Source of the DNA: Candidatus Heimdallarchaeota archaeon
Lineage (GTDB): Archaea; Asgardarchaeota; Heimdallarchaeia; Heimdallarchaeales; Heimdallarchaeaceae
Assembly: GCA_030603365.1 (NCBI GenBank)
Contig: JAUVXV010000003.1
Coordinates: forward strand, 288,001-352,000
Direction: 5' to 3'
DNA: 64,000 nt
Shown one piece after another: positions 1-9,811 of this stretch; position 1 is the stretch's first letter; each line of letters starts with the position of its first letter. The notes beneath the pieces were generated by a model that was not told where the DNA came from, ran no database searches, and saw only the letters and a program-made list of their open reading frames with translations. The position numbers and the translations under genes are program-made.

Positions 1-727
1 CAAGTAAATCATATTCGATTTCTTCTCCTTCCATAGATATGATTTTGTTATTCTCTTTATCCACTTCTTCGTAATTAAAGAATTCAACGAATTCTATTCC
101 TCTTTTATCATAGAGTTTTTGCACTTTTTCTGCAACACTAGGTACAGGATATGGTCTAAGAAGAGGATATAGAAATTTGATTGTAGATTTATCTCGTATT
201 TTTCTCTTTCTCAAGTATCTGTCAACTAGAAATGCAAATTCTACAGGTGCAGGAGGGCATTTATAAGGAACAGTAGAAGGAGAAATTACTATTGTTCCTC
301 CATTGAAATTCTTTAGAGCTTCTTGCAGTTCCTGGGTAGCTTTTGTTGAATAGAAATGATGAACATTGTCTTTTTCATATGCACCAACCTGTTCCTCTTC
401 TAAATGAACACCAGTTGAGATGACGAGATAGTCATATGATAGAGTTTCACCATTGGTTAAATCTAGTAACTTGTTCTTTGTATCTATGTAACTTGCTGCT
501 GTTCGGAGATGAAGAACTCTTTTGTTCAGTACTTTGTCAATTGGGATTGTAAATTTCTTGAGTGGATCCTTGTTAAAACTCCAGAATAGATAATGAGGTT
601 CATATACATTATGTTCCATTGGTTCAACTAAAATTATTCGAATATCTTTTCTTTTGGATTTTTTTGCAATTTTGTTTGCAACATTTATGCCACTAAATCC
701 TCCACCTAGAATAACGATACTTCTCAT
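1..727 (-). CDS. sqr: FAD-dependent oxidoreductase, sulfide:quinone oxidoreductase / flavocytochrome c sulfide dehydrogenase family (N-terminal part; runs off window edge)
   Basis: Manual translation from ATG at 727: MRSIVILGGGFSGINVANKIAK (Rossmann GxGxxG). Internal YDYLVISTG and PYKCPPAPVEF motifs are typical of SQR/FccB. Absent from the ORF track because it is truncated. Confidence 0.8.
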   Translation of the reverse strand, partial: MRSIVILGGGFSGINVANKIAKKSKRKDIRIILVEPMEHNVYEPHYLFWSFNKDPLKKFTIPIDKVLNKRVLHLRTAASYIDTKNKLLDLTNGETLSYDYLVISTGVHLEEEQVGAYEKDNVHHFYSTKATQELQEALKNFNGGTIVISPSTVPYKCPPAPVEFAFLVDRYLRKRKIRDKSTIKFLYPLLRPYPVPSVAEKVQKLYDKRGIEFVEFFNYEEVDKENNKIISMEGEEIEYDLL

Positions 728-737
728 CTATATTCCT

Positions 738-977
738 CTAGTGAGATTTCTTGACTATGTATTTGTCATGGTCTTCAAGATTAATTATTTCAACAAGTTC
801 ATGTTTTGCTTTTTTCAACCAGGCTGGTACATCATTTCGTGTTCCTTCATCAGAACTAAGAAGAGATAAAAGCTCGCCAACTTCAGCTTGTCTTATAGCT
901 TTGATTAGTTCCATCATGGGTCCAGGGCAAAAACTTCCTCTGGCATCTACTTCTATGGCAACATTGTATTCTGTCAT
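738..977 (-). CDS. tusA: TusA/SirA-family sulfur carrier protein
   Basis: DARGSFCPGP (CPxP) motif, ~79 aa, DVPAWL; directly upstream of the SQR-like gene. ATG at 977 preferred over the ORF-track start at 986. Confidence 0.9.
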   Translation of the reverse strand: MTEYNVAIEVDARGSFCPGPMMELIKAIRQAEVGELLSLLSSDEGTRNDVPAWLKKAKHELVEIINLEDHDKYIVKKSH

Positions 978-1114
978 TATATTCACAATTGCTTTCGATT
1001 ATGACACAAGTATGCACATCCGTTTTTAAGCATTTTTCTCTGTCAACAAAAAACTGAGGAATAATCAAAGTTGAAAAAGAGATATTTATTAATGATATTC
1101 CTCTTCCTAACATA

Positions 1115-2806
1115 ATGAGTAAAGGAATCAAACTAAAGACCATTCTTATTGGTATTCTCTTAATCAACTTTCAAATTCTAAATGTAGTTGTCTCTTCAAC
1201 CTCGACATTCTATCCTTTTAAAATTAACAACGATGTATACCAGTGGTTCTGGCATGGGTTAGCTGAAGCACCTGGACCCATTAGTGGAGAAGATGTAGTT
1301 TATTGGGGGGAGGATCTTGGACCTTATCATAATTATACAGAGTTAACATCTCGCTTATCTCTGATGAACGATACTTTTACTGATTTAGTTGATGTTTTTT
1401 CAATTGGAAAAACCTACCATGGACGGGATATTTGGTGTGTAAAATTAACTAATAAAACAGTTACAACGGCTAAAACTGAATTTTACATTGTTGGAGCACA
1501 TCATGCTAGAGAGATGATTTCAGTTGAAAACTGTTTATACTTTATGGATTATGTTATTTATTACTCATCTTTTGGTTTGTTTCAAGACTTATTAGCTAGT
1601 ACTGAGATTTACGTTATTCCTTTACTAAATCCAGACGGTCTCTCTATCATGCATTTTTATCCTGAACAGAGGAAAAATCTTAATCCTATTGACGATGATA
1701 ACGATGGTTTAAACGATACAGATATGGACGGTTTTCTTGATGATGAATTAGAACGAACATATTTCTGGAATGATTTAACTAATACTTCAGAAGTGAGAGA
1801 GAATGATTATGACGGTGACCTTCAAATTGCTGAAGATCTCCCTGGTGGAGTTGATCTTAATAGGAACTATGGTGCATATTGGAATGGAACAGAATCATCA
1901 TTAATTATGAGAGATCAAGACTATAGAGGAGAATCACCTTTCAGTGAACTTGAAACACAAATACTTCGTGATTTTATGATAAGGCACTCCTTCAATTTTG
2001 CTATAAGTATACATAGTGGTATCCGAGCAATTATTCCTCCTTGGGCACACAATGGATCTCTTCCACTGAAGGATGAACAAGAATTCAATGCTCTTTTAGG
2101 AGAATTAAAAACAACTTTAGGCTATCCATTATGGAATGAATCTGGAATGTATTTAGCCAATGGAGCATGGGAAGATTATTGTTATGCAAACCATGATATT
2201 ATAGGATTTACTTTCGAAGTTTATGAAGGACCATGGTCTGGTTCTTATTTTGATTTATATAATCCAGAAGGGTCTTACATTCTTTCTATCTGTGAAGAGG
2301 TTTTTGAAGGTTTGATTTACATGGCTTATGAGCCAAGATTAACATATACAAATAATTTGCCTTCAATTAAGGTCACCAATCCTTCAACAGTAAATCAAGT
2401 ATTTGAGAGTTATACGATCAGATGGACAATGTCAGATGGAGATGGAGACTCTCTCAACTGTTCTGTTTTTGTTTCCACTGATGGTTTACATTGGACAGTA
2501 TTGAAAACAAATTTGTTAGATGAATCCTTTTACTTCTGGGATGTGCAAAATGTGCCTGCTGGTTCTTATTATTTAAAAGTGGCAGTTTCAGATGGAAAAG
2601 ATTGGATAGCTGATACTAATGAAATACAACTCAATGTAAACAAAGAAGCTGAAAGCTCTCCATTTGCTTTCTGGTTACTTGCAGTTATATTTGGTGGTCT
2701 AGCTGCAGTTTTTCTCTTCTTTAATATAAGAAAATCCAAAGTTATTGGCAAGATTTGGGGTTCTGACCCATATGAGGATGAGACATCTAAGGAAGAAAGT
2801 TCTTGA
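1115..2806 (+). CDS. Secreted, membrane-anchored M14 zinc carboxypeptidase
   Basis: Signal peptide; HHARE (HxxE), NPDG, GVDLNRNY, PFSELET, SIHS and FTFE motifs; Asp-rich insert; Ig-like domain; C-terminal TM plus basic residues. Confidence 0.9.
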   Translation: MSKGIKLKTILIGILLINFQILNVVVSSTSTFYPFKINNDVYQWFWHGLAEAPGPISGEDVVYWGEDLGPYHNYTELTSRLSLMNDTFTDLVDVFSIGKTYHGRDIWCVKLTNKTVTTAKTEFYIVGAHHAREMISVENCLYFMDYVIYYSSFGLFQDLLASTEIYVIPLLNPDGLSIMHFYPEQRKNLNPIDDDNDGLNDTDMDGFLDDELERTYFWNDLTNTSEVRENDYDGDLQIAEDLPGGVDLNRNYGAYWNGTESSLIMRDQDYRGESPFSELETQILRDFMIRHSFNFAISIHSGIRAIIPPWAHNGSLPLKDEQEFNALLGELKTTLGYPLWNESGMYLANGAWEDYCYANHDIIGFTFEVYEGPWSGSYFDLYNPEGSYILSICEEVFEGLIYMAYEPRLTYTNNLPSIKVTNPSTVNQVFESYTIRWTMSDGDGDSLNCSVFVSTDGLHWTVLKTNLLDESFYFWDVQNVPAGSYYLKVAVSDGKDWIADTNEIQLNVNKEAESSPFAFWLLAVIFGGLAAVFLFFNIRKSKVIGKIWGSDPYEDETSKEESS

Positions 2807-2894
2807 GTTATGTTTAGAGTGATGCACAGTAAACAAATTTTTAAAACCATAGCGTATATTATGAATATTAGAGGAAAGGTATAGGGGTAATGTT

Positions 2895-4049
2895 GTGATA
2901 GATCCAACTTATGTTAATTTAAAGTATATAGTTGCCATTACTCTATTTATTGGTGGTCTAGTATCAGTTTACTGGGGGAGAAGAAGACAAAATCCTTTCT
3001 ATCTACTTTGGTCAATCTTCCTATTAACATATGGTGTTTTTCAAATAGTTGATGGAATGAATCATCACTTCGGTATATTTGATAAATTCTATGTACCCAA
3101 TCCGGTGTATGCAGATATTGTCAGTACAGACTTTTTATTATTCAGAATACTACAAGTAGTGCAAGCTTTAGCATTCATATCACTATTTGCAGCAAGTTTG
3201 GAACAATCGATGATTGTTCCTCCAAGATCTAGTAAAATAATAGCCGTTAGTTTAACAATTCTAGTGCTATATTTTGTTGTTATTCCTTTAGAAAATACTA
3301 TTTTTAGTTTTGGGACTCTAACAATATCCATCTATGATACTTTGTTTACTGAATTTTATGGCTTTATTTTTGGTTTCATTGTTTTATGTAGTTCATTTCT
3401 GCTTGTTCCAGTTGTTGTAAGGTATACTAAGTTATTCTTAACTTCGAAGAACAAGAGAATACTATGGAAAATGATTATTTCAATACTGCTAACTTTGTTA
3501 TTGGTAGGATTAGCATTTATAACAACAGTTAAGCGAAAAGTTGTAGAAAATGGTATGGATGAGAACGGATTTGCGATTTTTGAGATTGTTTACTCATTTG
3601 TTGTAGTATCAATAGTTGCTTTATATCAAAGCCAATCTGTATCTCATGGAATAGAGACTATACTAGTCGTTGATAAAGAGGGGAATCCACTCTTGGGTTA
3701 CTCTCCATTTAAAAAGAAAAGAATTTCATTTGAAGAGAAGATAATTGCAGCTTCAGGATATCTTGCAGGTTTATTCCATTTCATTCATGATTATGTAGCG
3801 ACTGAGTCTGATGATGAATTCAAGGAAATTAAGACAACATCCTCTACATTATCATTTTATTCAGGTGTTAATGTATTCATGATAATTCAAACCAGAATCT
3901 CTGGTAAATTGTTAGATAAAAGTACTAAATTAGCTTTATATGAGATTGACAAATTTCTAGTGGATTTTAAAGCTAATGAAATGCCAACAGAGGAGCAGAT
4001 TAGCGAGATTATCAAAGTGCTTGACAAAAACTTCTATTTAATGTCTTAA
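2895..4049 (+). CDS. ~7TM membrane protein with C-terminal longin/roadblock-like domain
   Basis: About 7 hydrophobic segments, then ILVVDKEGNPLL...ASGYLAGLFHFIHDY...FKEIKT, a pattern typical of Asgard longin-like domains. Confidence 0.6.
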   Translation: MIDPTYVNLKYIVAITLFIGGLVSVYWGRRRQNPFYLLWSIFLLTYGVFQIVDGMNHHFGIFDKFYVPNPVYADIVSTDFLLFRILQVVQALAFISLFAASLEQSMIVPPRSSKIIAVSLTILVLYFVVIPLENTIFSFGTLTISIYDTLFTEFYGFIFGFIVLCSSFLLVPVVVRYTKLFLTSKNKRILWKMIISILLTLLLVGLAFITTVKRKVVENGMDENGFAIFEIVYSFVVVSIVALYQSQSVSHGIETILVVDKEGNPLLGYSPFKKKRISFEEKIIAASGYLAGLFHFIHDYVATESDDEFKEIKTTSSTLSFYSGVNVFMIIQTRISGKLLDKSTKLALYEIDKFLVDFKANEMPTEEQISEIIKVLDKNFYLMS

Positions 4050-4091
4050 AATTCACTAAAATTTATATCTAATGAGATGTTATTGTAGTTA

Positions 4092-5408
4092 ATGCTTACC
4101 ATTGTCTTTGTTGTTGGAACCAGACCAGAGATTATCAAAATTGCACCTTTAATTCTCCAAGCTGAGAAAAGAAAAATAAACTATACAGTAATTCATACTG
4201 GACAACACTATGATGAAAATATGTCAGGTCAGTTTTTTACTTCACTTGGTTTAAGATTACTAGATACTAATCTAGAAGTAAAAGAAGAAAATTCTCACAC
4301 TAGATTAAGTGAAATGATCAGTAAATTAGGTGACGAGTTTATTAAAATTAAACCGACTATTGTTCTAGCGGTAGGAGATACTGTAAGTGTTTTAGCAAGT
4401 TGTCTTGCTTGTGTTCAAAATGAGATTCCTTTTGGTCATCTAGAAGCAGGACTCAGATCTTATGATCTAACCATGCCTGAAGAAAGAAATAGACGAATGG
4501 TTGATAGCATGTCTACACTCTATTTTGCTCCCTCAAGAATTGCAATAACAAATCTTTATTATGAGGGAATTAATCCAGATAGGATTTTTTATACTGGAAA
4601 TACAATAGTTGATGCTATTCGTATTTTCAAGGAACAACTGGATGAGAAAAATACTACTCAAGCTAATGAAATATTAGTAAAAATAAAGAAAAATTATATC
4701 TTATGTACAATTCATAGAGTATCGAATGTAGACAATGAAAAAAATCTACTTAATATCATTTCATTTTTATCTAAGTATACTCAGATTCCAATCCTATTTT
4801 TAATTCATCCAAGAACAAAGAAAAGGATTTTAGCTGTTGGAAAATTCGAATCACTTGAAAAGAATTCTAATCTCTTTATTTATGAATCAGTTGATTATTT
4901 CTCAATGTTGAAACTTCTCAGTAATGACCGATGTTTAATGGTTCTTACAGATTCTGGAGGGTTACAAGAAGAAGCTGCTGTTCTTAGAAAACCATGCATT
5001 ACTCTTCGACCCAATACTGAAAGACCAGAAACGGTTATGCATGAAATTAATACATTAGTTCCAGTTCAAGAGTCAAAAATCAAAATAGAAATAAGTAGAA
5101 TATTATCAGAAGATTTCAACTATCGTTTTGACCAGTTTGACTATCCCTATGGAAATGGTTATGCAAGCAATAAAATCCTAGATATCATTGAAACTTCTCA
5201 AAAAAATTTAACTTTTTCATCTCCTCACAATTACAAACATGGTTCGAAAACATTCCATCTTTTTGAGTTAGCTGCATCCATGAAGAAGGAAGAATTAGAG
5301 AATCAGTTTGATTGCCAAATTTCTCTAATTTATGATGGTGAAGGAAATCCCAGAGTTGTTAAAAACAAACTAAAAAAAGGAGATAGAGTAAGGATTTTGA
5401 AGGATTAA
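4092..5408 (+). CDS. wecB: UDP-N-acetylglucosamine 2-epimerase (non-hydrolysing)
   Basis: GTRPEIIK, HTGQHYD, HLEAGLRS, PEERNR, TDSGGLQEEA and TERPE motifs; short C-terminal extension. Confidence 0.95.
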   Translation: MLTIVFVVGTRPEIIKIAPLILQAEKRKINYTVIHTGQHYDENMSGQFFTSLGLRLLDTNLEVKEENSHTRLSEMISKLGDEFIKIKPTIVLAVGDTVSVLASCLACVQNEIPFGHLEAGLRSYDLTMPEERNRRMVDSMSTLYFAPSRIAITNLYYEGINPDRIFYTGNTIVDAIRIFKEQLDEKNTTQANEILVKIKKNYILCTIHRVSNVDNEKNLLNIISFLSKYTQIPILFLIHPRTKKRILAVGKFESLEKNSNLFIYESVDYFSMLKLLSNDRCLMVLTDSGGLQEEAAVLRKPCITLRPNTERPETVMHEINTLVPVQESKIKIEISRILSEDFNYRFDQFDYPYGNGYASNKILDIIETSQKNLTFSSPHNYKHGSKTFHLFELAASMKKEELENQFDCQISLIYDGEGNPRVVKNKLKKGDRVRILKD

Positions 5409-5410
5409 CC

Positions 5411-6406
5411 TTACCAATCTATTACACTTAAAGATTTCAAGAGAACTCTTATAGCTGCAAAAGTTGCTAGAGACCAGAAACCCATTAGAATTGCCTCTGA
5501 TTTTATTTTATGCAAAAATCTTGGAATAATATTTGCTGTAATTACTGTTCCAGCAGCCATTAAAATAACAATATCCCACTGAATTGAAACTGCTCCAGCT
5601 CCAAATAAATCAAGTGATCTAATTACTACTGCAAAAGGAGTTGCAAATAGAATGGTAAATGTTGAGGTTGCAACTGCAATTGCAGCGGGCATTCCGAGTG
5701 CCATTGTTAAAATTGGTACGTAGATAACTCCTCCACCTAAACCTAGAGTAGCTCCTACAAAACCTCCAATAATAGCAATAAAAACACCTGGAAGGAGTTT
5801 TGATTTGTATTTAAATTTGACTCCTCTTTTGTCTTCGAAATCACGATAGATAACTGTTTGTTGCCACCATGGTCTGTTCTTCTGTTCTTCATCACATTCA
5901 ATGTCTTGACATTCATCTTCTTCATTGATTTTTCCACTCCGTTTCTTTAACCAGCTGAGAAGTATCGTGGTCATTTTATACATGGCAATCGTAATCATTG
6001 TTGCACCAAAAATAATCTGAAAAATGTCCTTATCGACATCTTGTGTTACTAACCATTTAGAGAATATTCCTCCTGATACTGCACCAGGAATTGCAAAAAT
6101 CATAAATCTAAAAGCTACTTGATAATCAATTCTTTTCTCTCTGATATACGAAATTGATCCACTCAGAGCTGTAAAAACTATTACTCCTAAAGATGTTGCA
6201 CTCGCAGTACTTCCTAGCAGGCTAGGATTTGCATCATAGTTAGCTTGTCCTATCTGACTGATTAACAACCCTTCGAAAGCTATTAATAGAATTGGAACAT
6301 TAAGTAAACCTCCTCCTATGCCAAATGTAGGAGAGACTGCGCCGGTAAGTAATCCTACACCAAACAAGGCTAAGTAATGCCACCATTGAAAATATTCGAA
6401 CAACAT
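5411..6406 (-). CDS. TauE/SafE (TSUP) sulfite exporter family protein
   Basis: Duplicated GIGGG / GLGGGVIYVP motifs, ATS motifs, about 8 TM. Confidence 0.9.
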   Translation of the reverse strand: MLFEYFQWWHYLALFGVGLLTGAVSPTFGIGGGLLNVPILLIAFEGLLISQIGQANYDANPSLLGSTASATSLGVIVFTALSGSISYIREKRIDYQVAFRFMIFAIPGAVSGGIFSKWLVTQDVDKDIFQIIFGATMITIAMYKMTTILLSWLKKRSGKINEEDECQDIECDEEQKNRPWWQQTVIYRDFEDKRGVKFKYKSKLLPGVFIAIIGGFVGATLGLGGGVIYVPILTMALGMPAAIAVATSTFTILFATPFAVVIRSLDLFGAGAVSIQWDIVILMAAGTVITANIIPRFLHKIKSEAILMGFWSLATFAAIRVLLKSLSVIDW

Positions 6407-6519
6407 GTAATCACATAATTATTTTGTTTTATTCAAATTGGTTATTTAAAACTTTAATGCAATTACAATTTCACATTGAAGGAGAAATCGTTTTAAACAC
6501 CCTCACTTAACATTTCTTA

Positions 6520-7377
6520 ATGAGTATAGATAGAGAAACATCGATAGCTAAACATTTTCTTTCCCTTATTGAGAAGAAGACAATATGGGAATTGGAAATC
6601 ATCGCCTCTATTCTTAATATTCATCCTGATGATTTTGCTAATTATATCGAGCAGTTTCCCATGGCATATGGCTTATCAATTCAAAAGAAACGATTTTACA
6701 TTATACCTGAGCTAGTTCAAGATGTCTTAGATGAGGTAAAGACTAGTTTTATTGAATGGTATCAGCGAACTGCACCTAGAGCGTATTCTCAAGCTAAAAG
6801 AGTAGAAGAAATAAGAAAAGAATATCATATAGACGAAAGACCAGAAAGAATTTCCCCCAAAGTTAAGATTACTGTTTATGGGAATAACTATGTAGTGGAA
6901 GATGTACTCAATGATTATTTGGCTAGAGCAGGTTTAAGTCCTTCTTTTGAATATACAGGTGGTTATGAACCTTTTGATTTCCAAAAGAACATAGGTAATG
7001 AGATTTACAATTGCCAATTCTTAATGATCAATTATAATCGAGATCATTTAGCTTTAGCACCTCTATTATTTGAGATGCCGGAAGCTTTCTTGTTTATTTT
7101 CAACCCACTAGATAAACTCCAAATTGATAGACTTGTTAAGATGGTTCAAAACCTTATAGCTAAGCGTAAAAAGGAAATTTTTGTAACATTCCTTGCTGTA
7201 GTAGACAAAGAAATAGATTCATCTTCTTTGGATGAAATCTCCAGTACCTTATCTTATCTTGTAGAATTTTTAGAAGAAAAACCTATTTACAAAGTCTCAT
7301 TTTCTATCTTATCTTCAAATGATCAAATTGAAAGAAAAATGAATGATTTGATTCAAACTGCTAAGATGCTTTTTTAG
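6520..7377 (+). CDS. Hypothetical protein: N-terminal winged-helix-like region plus degenerate Rab-like small-GTPase fold
   Basis: C-terminal ~170 aa follow Rab secondary-structure register but lack GKS/T, DxxG and NKxD. Confidence 0.5.
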   Translation: MSIDRETSIAKHFLSLIEKKTIWELEIIASILNIHPDDFANYIEQFPMAYGLSIQKKRFYIIPELVQDVLDEVKTSFIEWYQRTAPRAYSQAKRVEEIRKEYHIDERPERISPKVKITVYGNNYVVEDVLNDYLARAGLSPSFEYTGGYEPFDFQKNIGNEIYNCQFLMINYNRDHLALAPLLFEMPEAFLFIFNPLDKLQIDRLVKMVQNLIAKRKKEIFVTFLAVVDKEIDSSSLDEISSTLSYLVEFLEEKPIYKVSFSILSSNDQIERKMNDLIQTAKMLF

Positions 7378-8077
7378 CTTCTTTAGATGAAGATTGATTT
7401 TTTTTCATTTGAGCTTCTTCTATTACTTCGAGGATCTTAGGATAAGCTCTGAAGGATATAAACAATGGATAAAAACCAAACCCTAATCCCAATATTGAGA
7501 TTACTACTGTAACTATCCCTCCTATCATAAAAACTGAACCCACTATATTCTGATTTAAACCAGCAATTAATAAGAATATAATCCCTAAAGAGAGAACTAA
7601 ATATGAAATTGAGATGTATAGATTGGGGAACTTTGCAATATATTTATTAAAATAGTGCGGTTTGAGGTCTTTTCGAAATAGAAAGAAACCAGCTGCGAAT
7701 ATTGGATTTGATATAATAAAAAGTGCAATTCCAACAAATGTTAGTATTGTAGTTGCTAAAGCATATTCCGTGATAAATCCTGCTAAAATAAGAATTGCTT
7801 GTGATAAGAGAAAAGTGACTGTTCCAGCTATTAGGAGATATGTAACTTTTTTCGCATTTGGCCATGCGATTGTTGTTTCGTATGATAAATTGAAAATACC
7901 CCAGCTGAATCCAAGATAACCAAATACTATTGGAATTAAAAGTATATGTTGCTCAATCACCCCAGGTAGAAGTAGATCTAAAAATCCTTTAGTTAGAGCT
8001 GCTAAAATAATGTAAAAGAAATAAACCATTATTAGACTATTTGAAATCATTTTGGAATGTCGATAACGGTTAGACAT
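7361..8077 (-). CDS. Multi-pass membrane protein (paralog 3 of tandem triplet)
   Basis: About 6 TM; shares GF-x(2-3)-L/F-basic motifs with the two upstream genes; start overlaps upstream stop. Confidence 0.75.
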   Translation of the reverse strand: MSNRYRHSKMISNSLIMVYFFYIILAALTKGFLDLLLPGVIEQHILLIPIVFGYLGFSWGIFNLSYETTIAWPNAKKVTYLLIAGTVTFLLSQAILILAGFITEYALATTILTFVGIALFIISNPIFAAGFFLFRKDLKPHYFNKYIAKFPNLYISISYLVLSLGIIFLLIAGLNQNIVGSVFMIGGIVTVVISILGLGFGFYPLFISFRAYPKILEVIEEAQMKKNQSSSKEAKKAS

Positions 8078-8756
8078 CTTCTTCTTCCTCTTTACTTTTA
8101 TCTTCTTCTTGGTCGTGACTCCAGAATTGTAGTAATTTCATTGTTGAAGTCAAACCTAAGAATCCAAGTATAATGAGAAATGTGGCAAATAGATAAACAA
8201 AAAGTGCAAGATTTTCTTGCCAAATCAGTTCATTACCTTCTCCTATATATCCCCCATACCATCCTAAAATAGATGGGATGAGATATATCAGAAATCCTAA
8301 AGGAAGATAATATTGTCCTTTTCTCTCAATATACTCTTTCTTTTCAAGACTATCAATAATAAATTTCAAGAAAATGAATCCTACTACAAGAACGAGAAAA
8401 GTACCTATTAATATAGTCAAATTAACAAAAACTAAAGGCTCACTTGACCATCTATCTCCAAATTTTGTTGAGGTAAAAATTATGTTAAGGATATCTAATC
8501 CTGCAGAGATAAAGAGAAGAATTGGTGCTACAAGCCAATTTGAAATAGTGTCTTGTGATTTCCCTAATCTAATCATTCCTATTCCAAAAAGAATTAATGC
8601 ACAATCAAAAGCTGCATCTGCAATAAGTATGATTCCCTGAAAATCTATATTTACTATTGTAGTAACTGCCACTCTTATCATTTGTAATATCATTAGTATC
8701 CAAGCAGAATAAAAAAGATGCTTAGAAATGTCTTTAAGGTCACCCAAGTGAATCAC
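8070..8756 (-). CDS. Multi-pass membrane protein (paralog 2 of tandem triplet)
   Basis: About 6 TM; GFIFLK...KGQYYLPLGF is similar to GFYQLK...KGQMSLPMGF in 8757-9710. Confidence 0.75.
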   Translation of the reverse strand: MIHLGDLKDISKHLFYSAWILMILQMIRVAVTTIVNIDFQGIILIADAAFDCALILFGIGMIRLGKSQDTISNWLVAPILLFISAGLDILNIIFTSTKFGDRWSSEPLVFVNLTILIGTFLVLVVGFIFLKFIIDSLEKKEYIERKGQYYLPLGFLIYLIPSILGWYGGYIGEGNELIWQENLALFVYLFATFLIILGFLGLTSTMKLLQFWSHDQEEDKSKEEEEDV

Positions 8757-9710
8757 CTACTTCTTTAGATAGGGATTTTCTTCACCACAATCAGCACAGA
8801 AAGCTGAATCCGCATCAAGCTCTAAACCACATTTAACACAGAACATTTTCTTCTTTACTGTGTCTTCTTCTATCAATAAATCTTCTATTGGTTCTGTTTC
8901 TTGTTGTGGGGCTTGAGTTTGTGGGGGTGTAAAACCTCCAAACAGTCCTCTGGATCTCCTTCCAAAGAGACCGCCACCAGCTCCTCCAGCTTGTCGTTGT
9001 TCTGCTAAAGCTTGCTTTCTTTCTTGCATCTGTTGGAATACTTCGTCTGGTATTTTGTCTAATACTAAAATTGCTCTTCTAAGATACCAGAAACCTAATA
9101 CAACAAGAATCAAAGAACCCATATCTAGAAAGTAGTTAACCCATAATAGAATATCATAACCCTCTGCAACAACAGGAGCTGCAGGGTCACTATAATCAAT
9201 GTAAGTTTCAGCTGGAATAATTATATTAATAATCATACTCAAAGCAAGAAATCCAAATCCCATTGGTAATGACATCTGACCTTTGTAAATGTTTCTTCTC
9301 TCAGTTGCATATTTGTCAAGTGACATCTTGAGTTGATAGAAACCAAATGTAAAACCTAATGTTGCGATAATCTCAGAGAGATTTGTAGGTAGGAGTGTTA
9401 ATCTTGTTATTTGTATTACTCCTGTGGCGTATAGTACGTACATTGTTTGAACTATTATGCCAATTTGTGCAGCAACAAATAATATTATCGCGGTAATAAG
9501 TATGGTTTTGTTCTTTTCTTCCTTGTAAAAACTGATAAAACCATATGCAAGCCACATAATGGCTACACTCTTGAGGACATCGAATCCTATCTGCAGATAA
9601 ATAACAGTGTCACCTACATTTAGAAAAACTATGAACATACTCACCATCATAGATAAAACATAAACCAAGGCTGCATTCGTAATGTGTTTACGGGATTTAT
9701 CGTTTATCAT
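8757..9710 (-). CDS. Multi-pass membrane protein with C-terminal zinc ribbon (paralog 1 of triplet)
   Basis: About 6 TM, Gly/Gln/Pro low-complexity linker, FCVKCG...FCADCG zinc ribbon. Confidence 0.8.
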   Translation of the reverse strand: MINDKSRKHITNAALVYVLSMMVSMFIVFLNVGDTVIYLQIGFDVLKSVAIMWLAYGFISFYKEEKNKTILITAIILFVAAQIGIIVQTMYVLYATGVIQITRLTLLPTNLSEIIATLGFTFGFYQLKMSLDKYATERRNIYKGQMSLPMGFGFLALSMIINIIIPAETYIDYSDPAAPVVAEGYDILLWVNYFLDMGSLILVVLGFWYLRRAILVLDKIPDEVFQQMQERKQALAEQRQAGGAGGGLFGRRSRGLFGGFTPPQTQAPQQETEPIEDLLIEEDTVKKKMFCVKCGLELDADSAFCADCGEENPYLKK

Positions 9711-9811
9711 ACTAAAACCAACTTTGTCATGTACTATTTAAACGTGCGGAGTATAGACTTCAAAACCAAGATTAAAAGGAAAATATATAAGTACTCCCAA
9801 ATAACTTCTAG

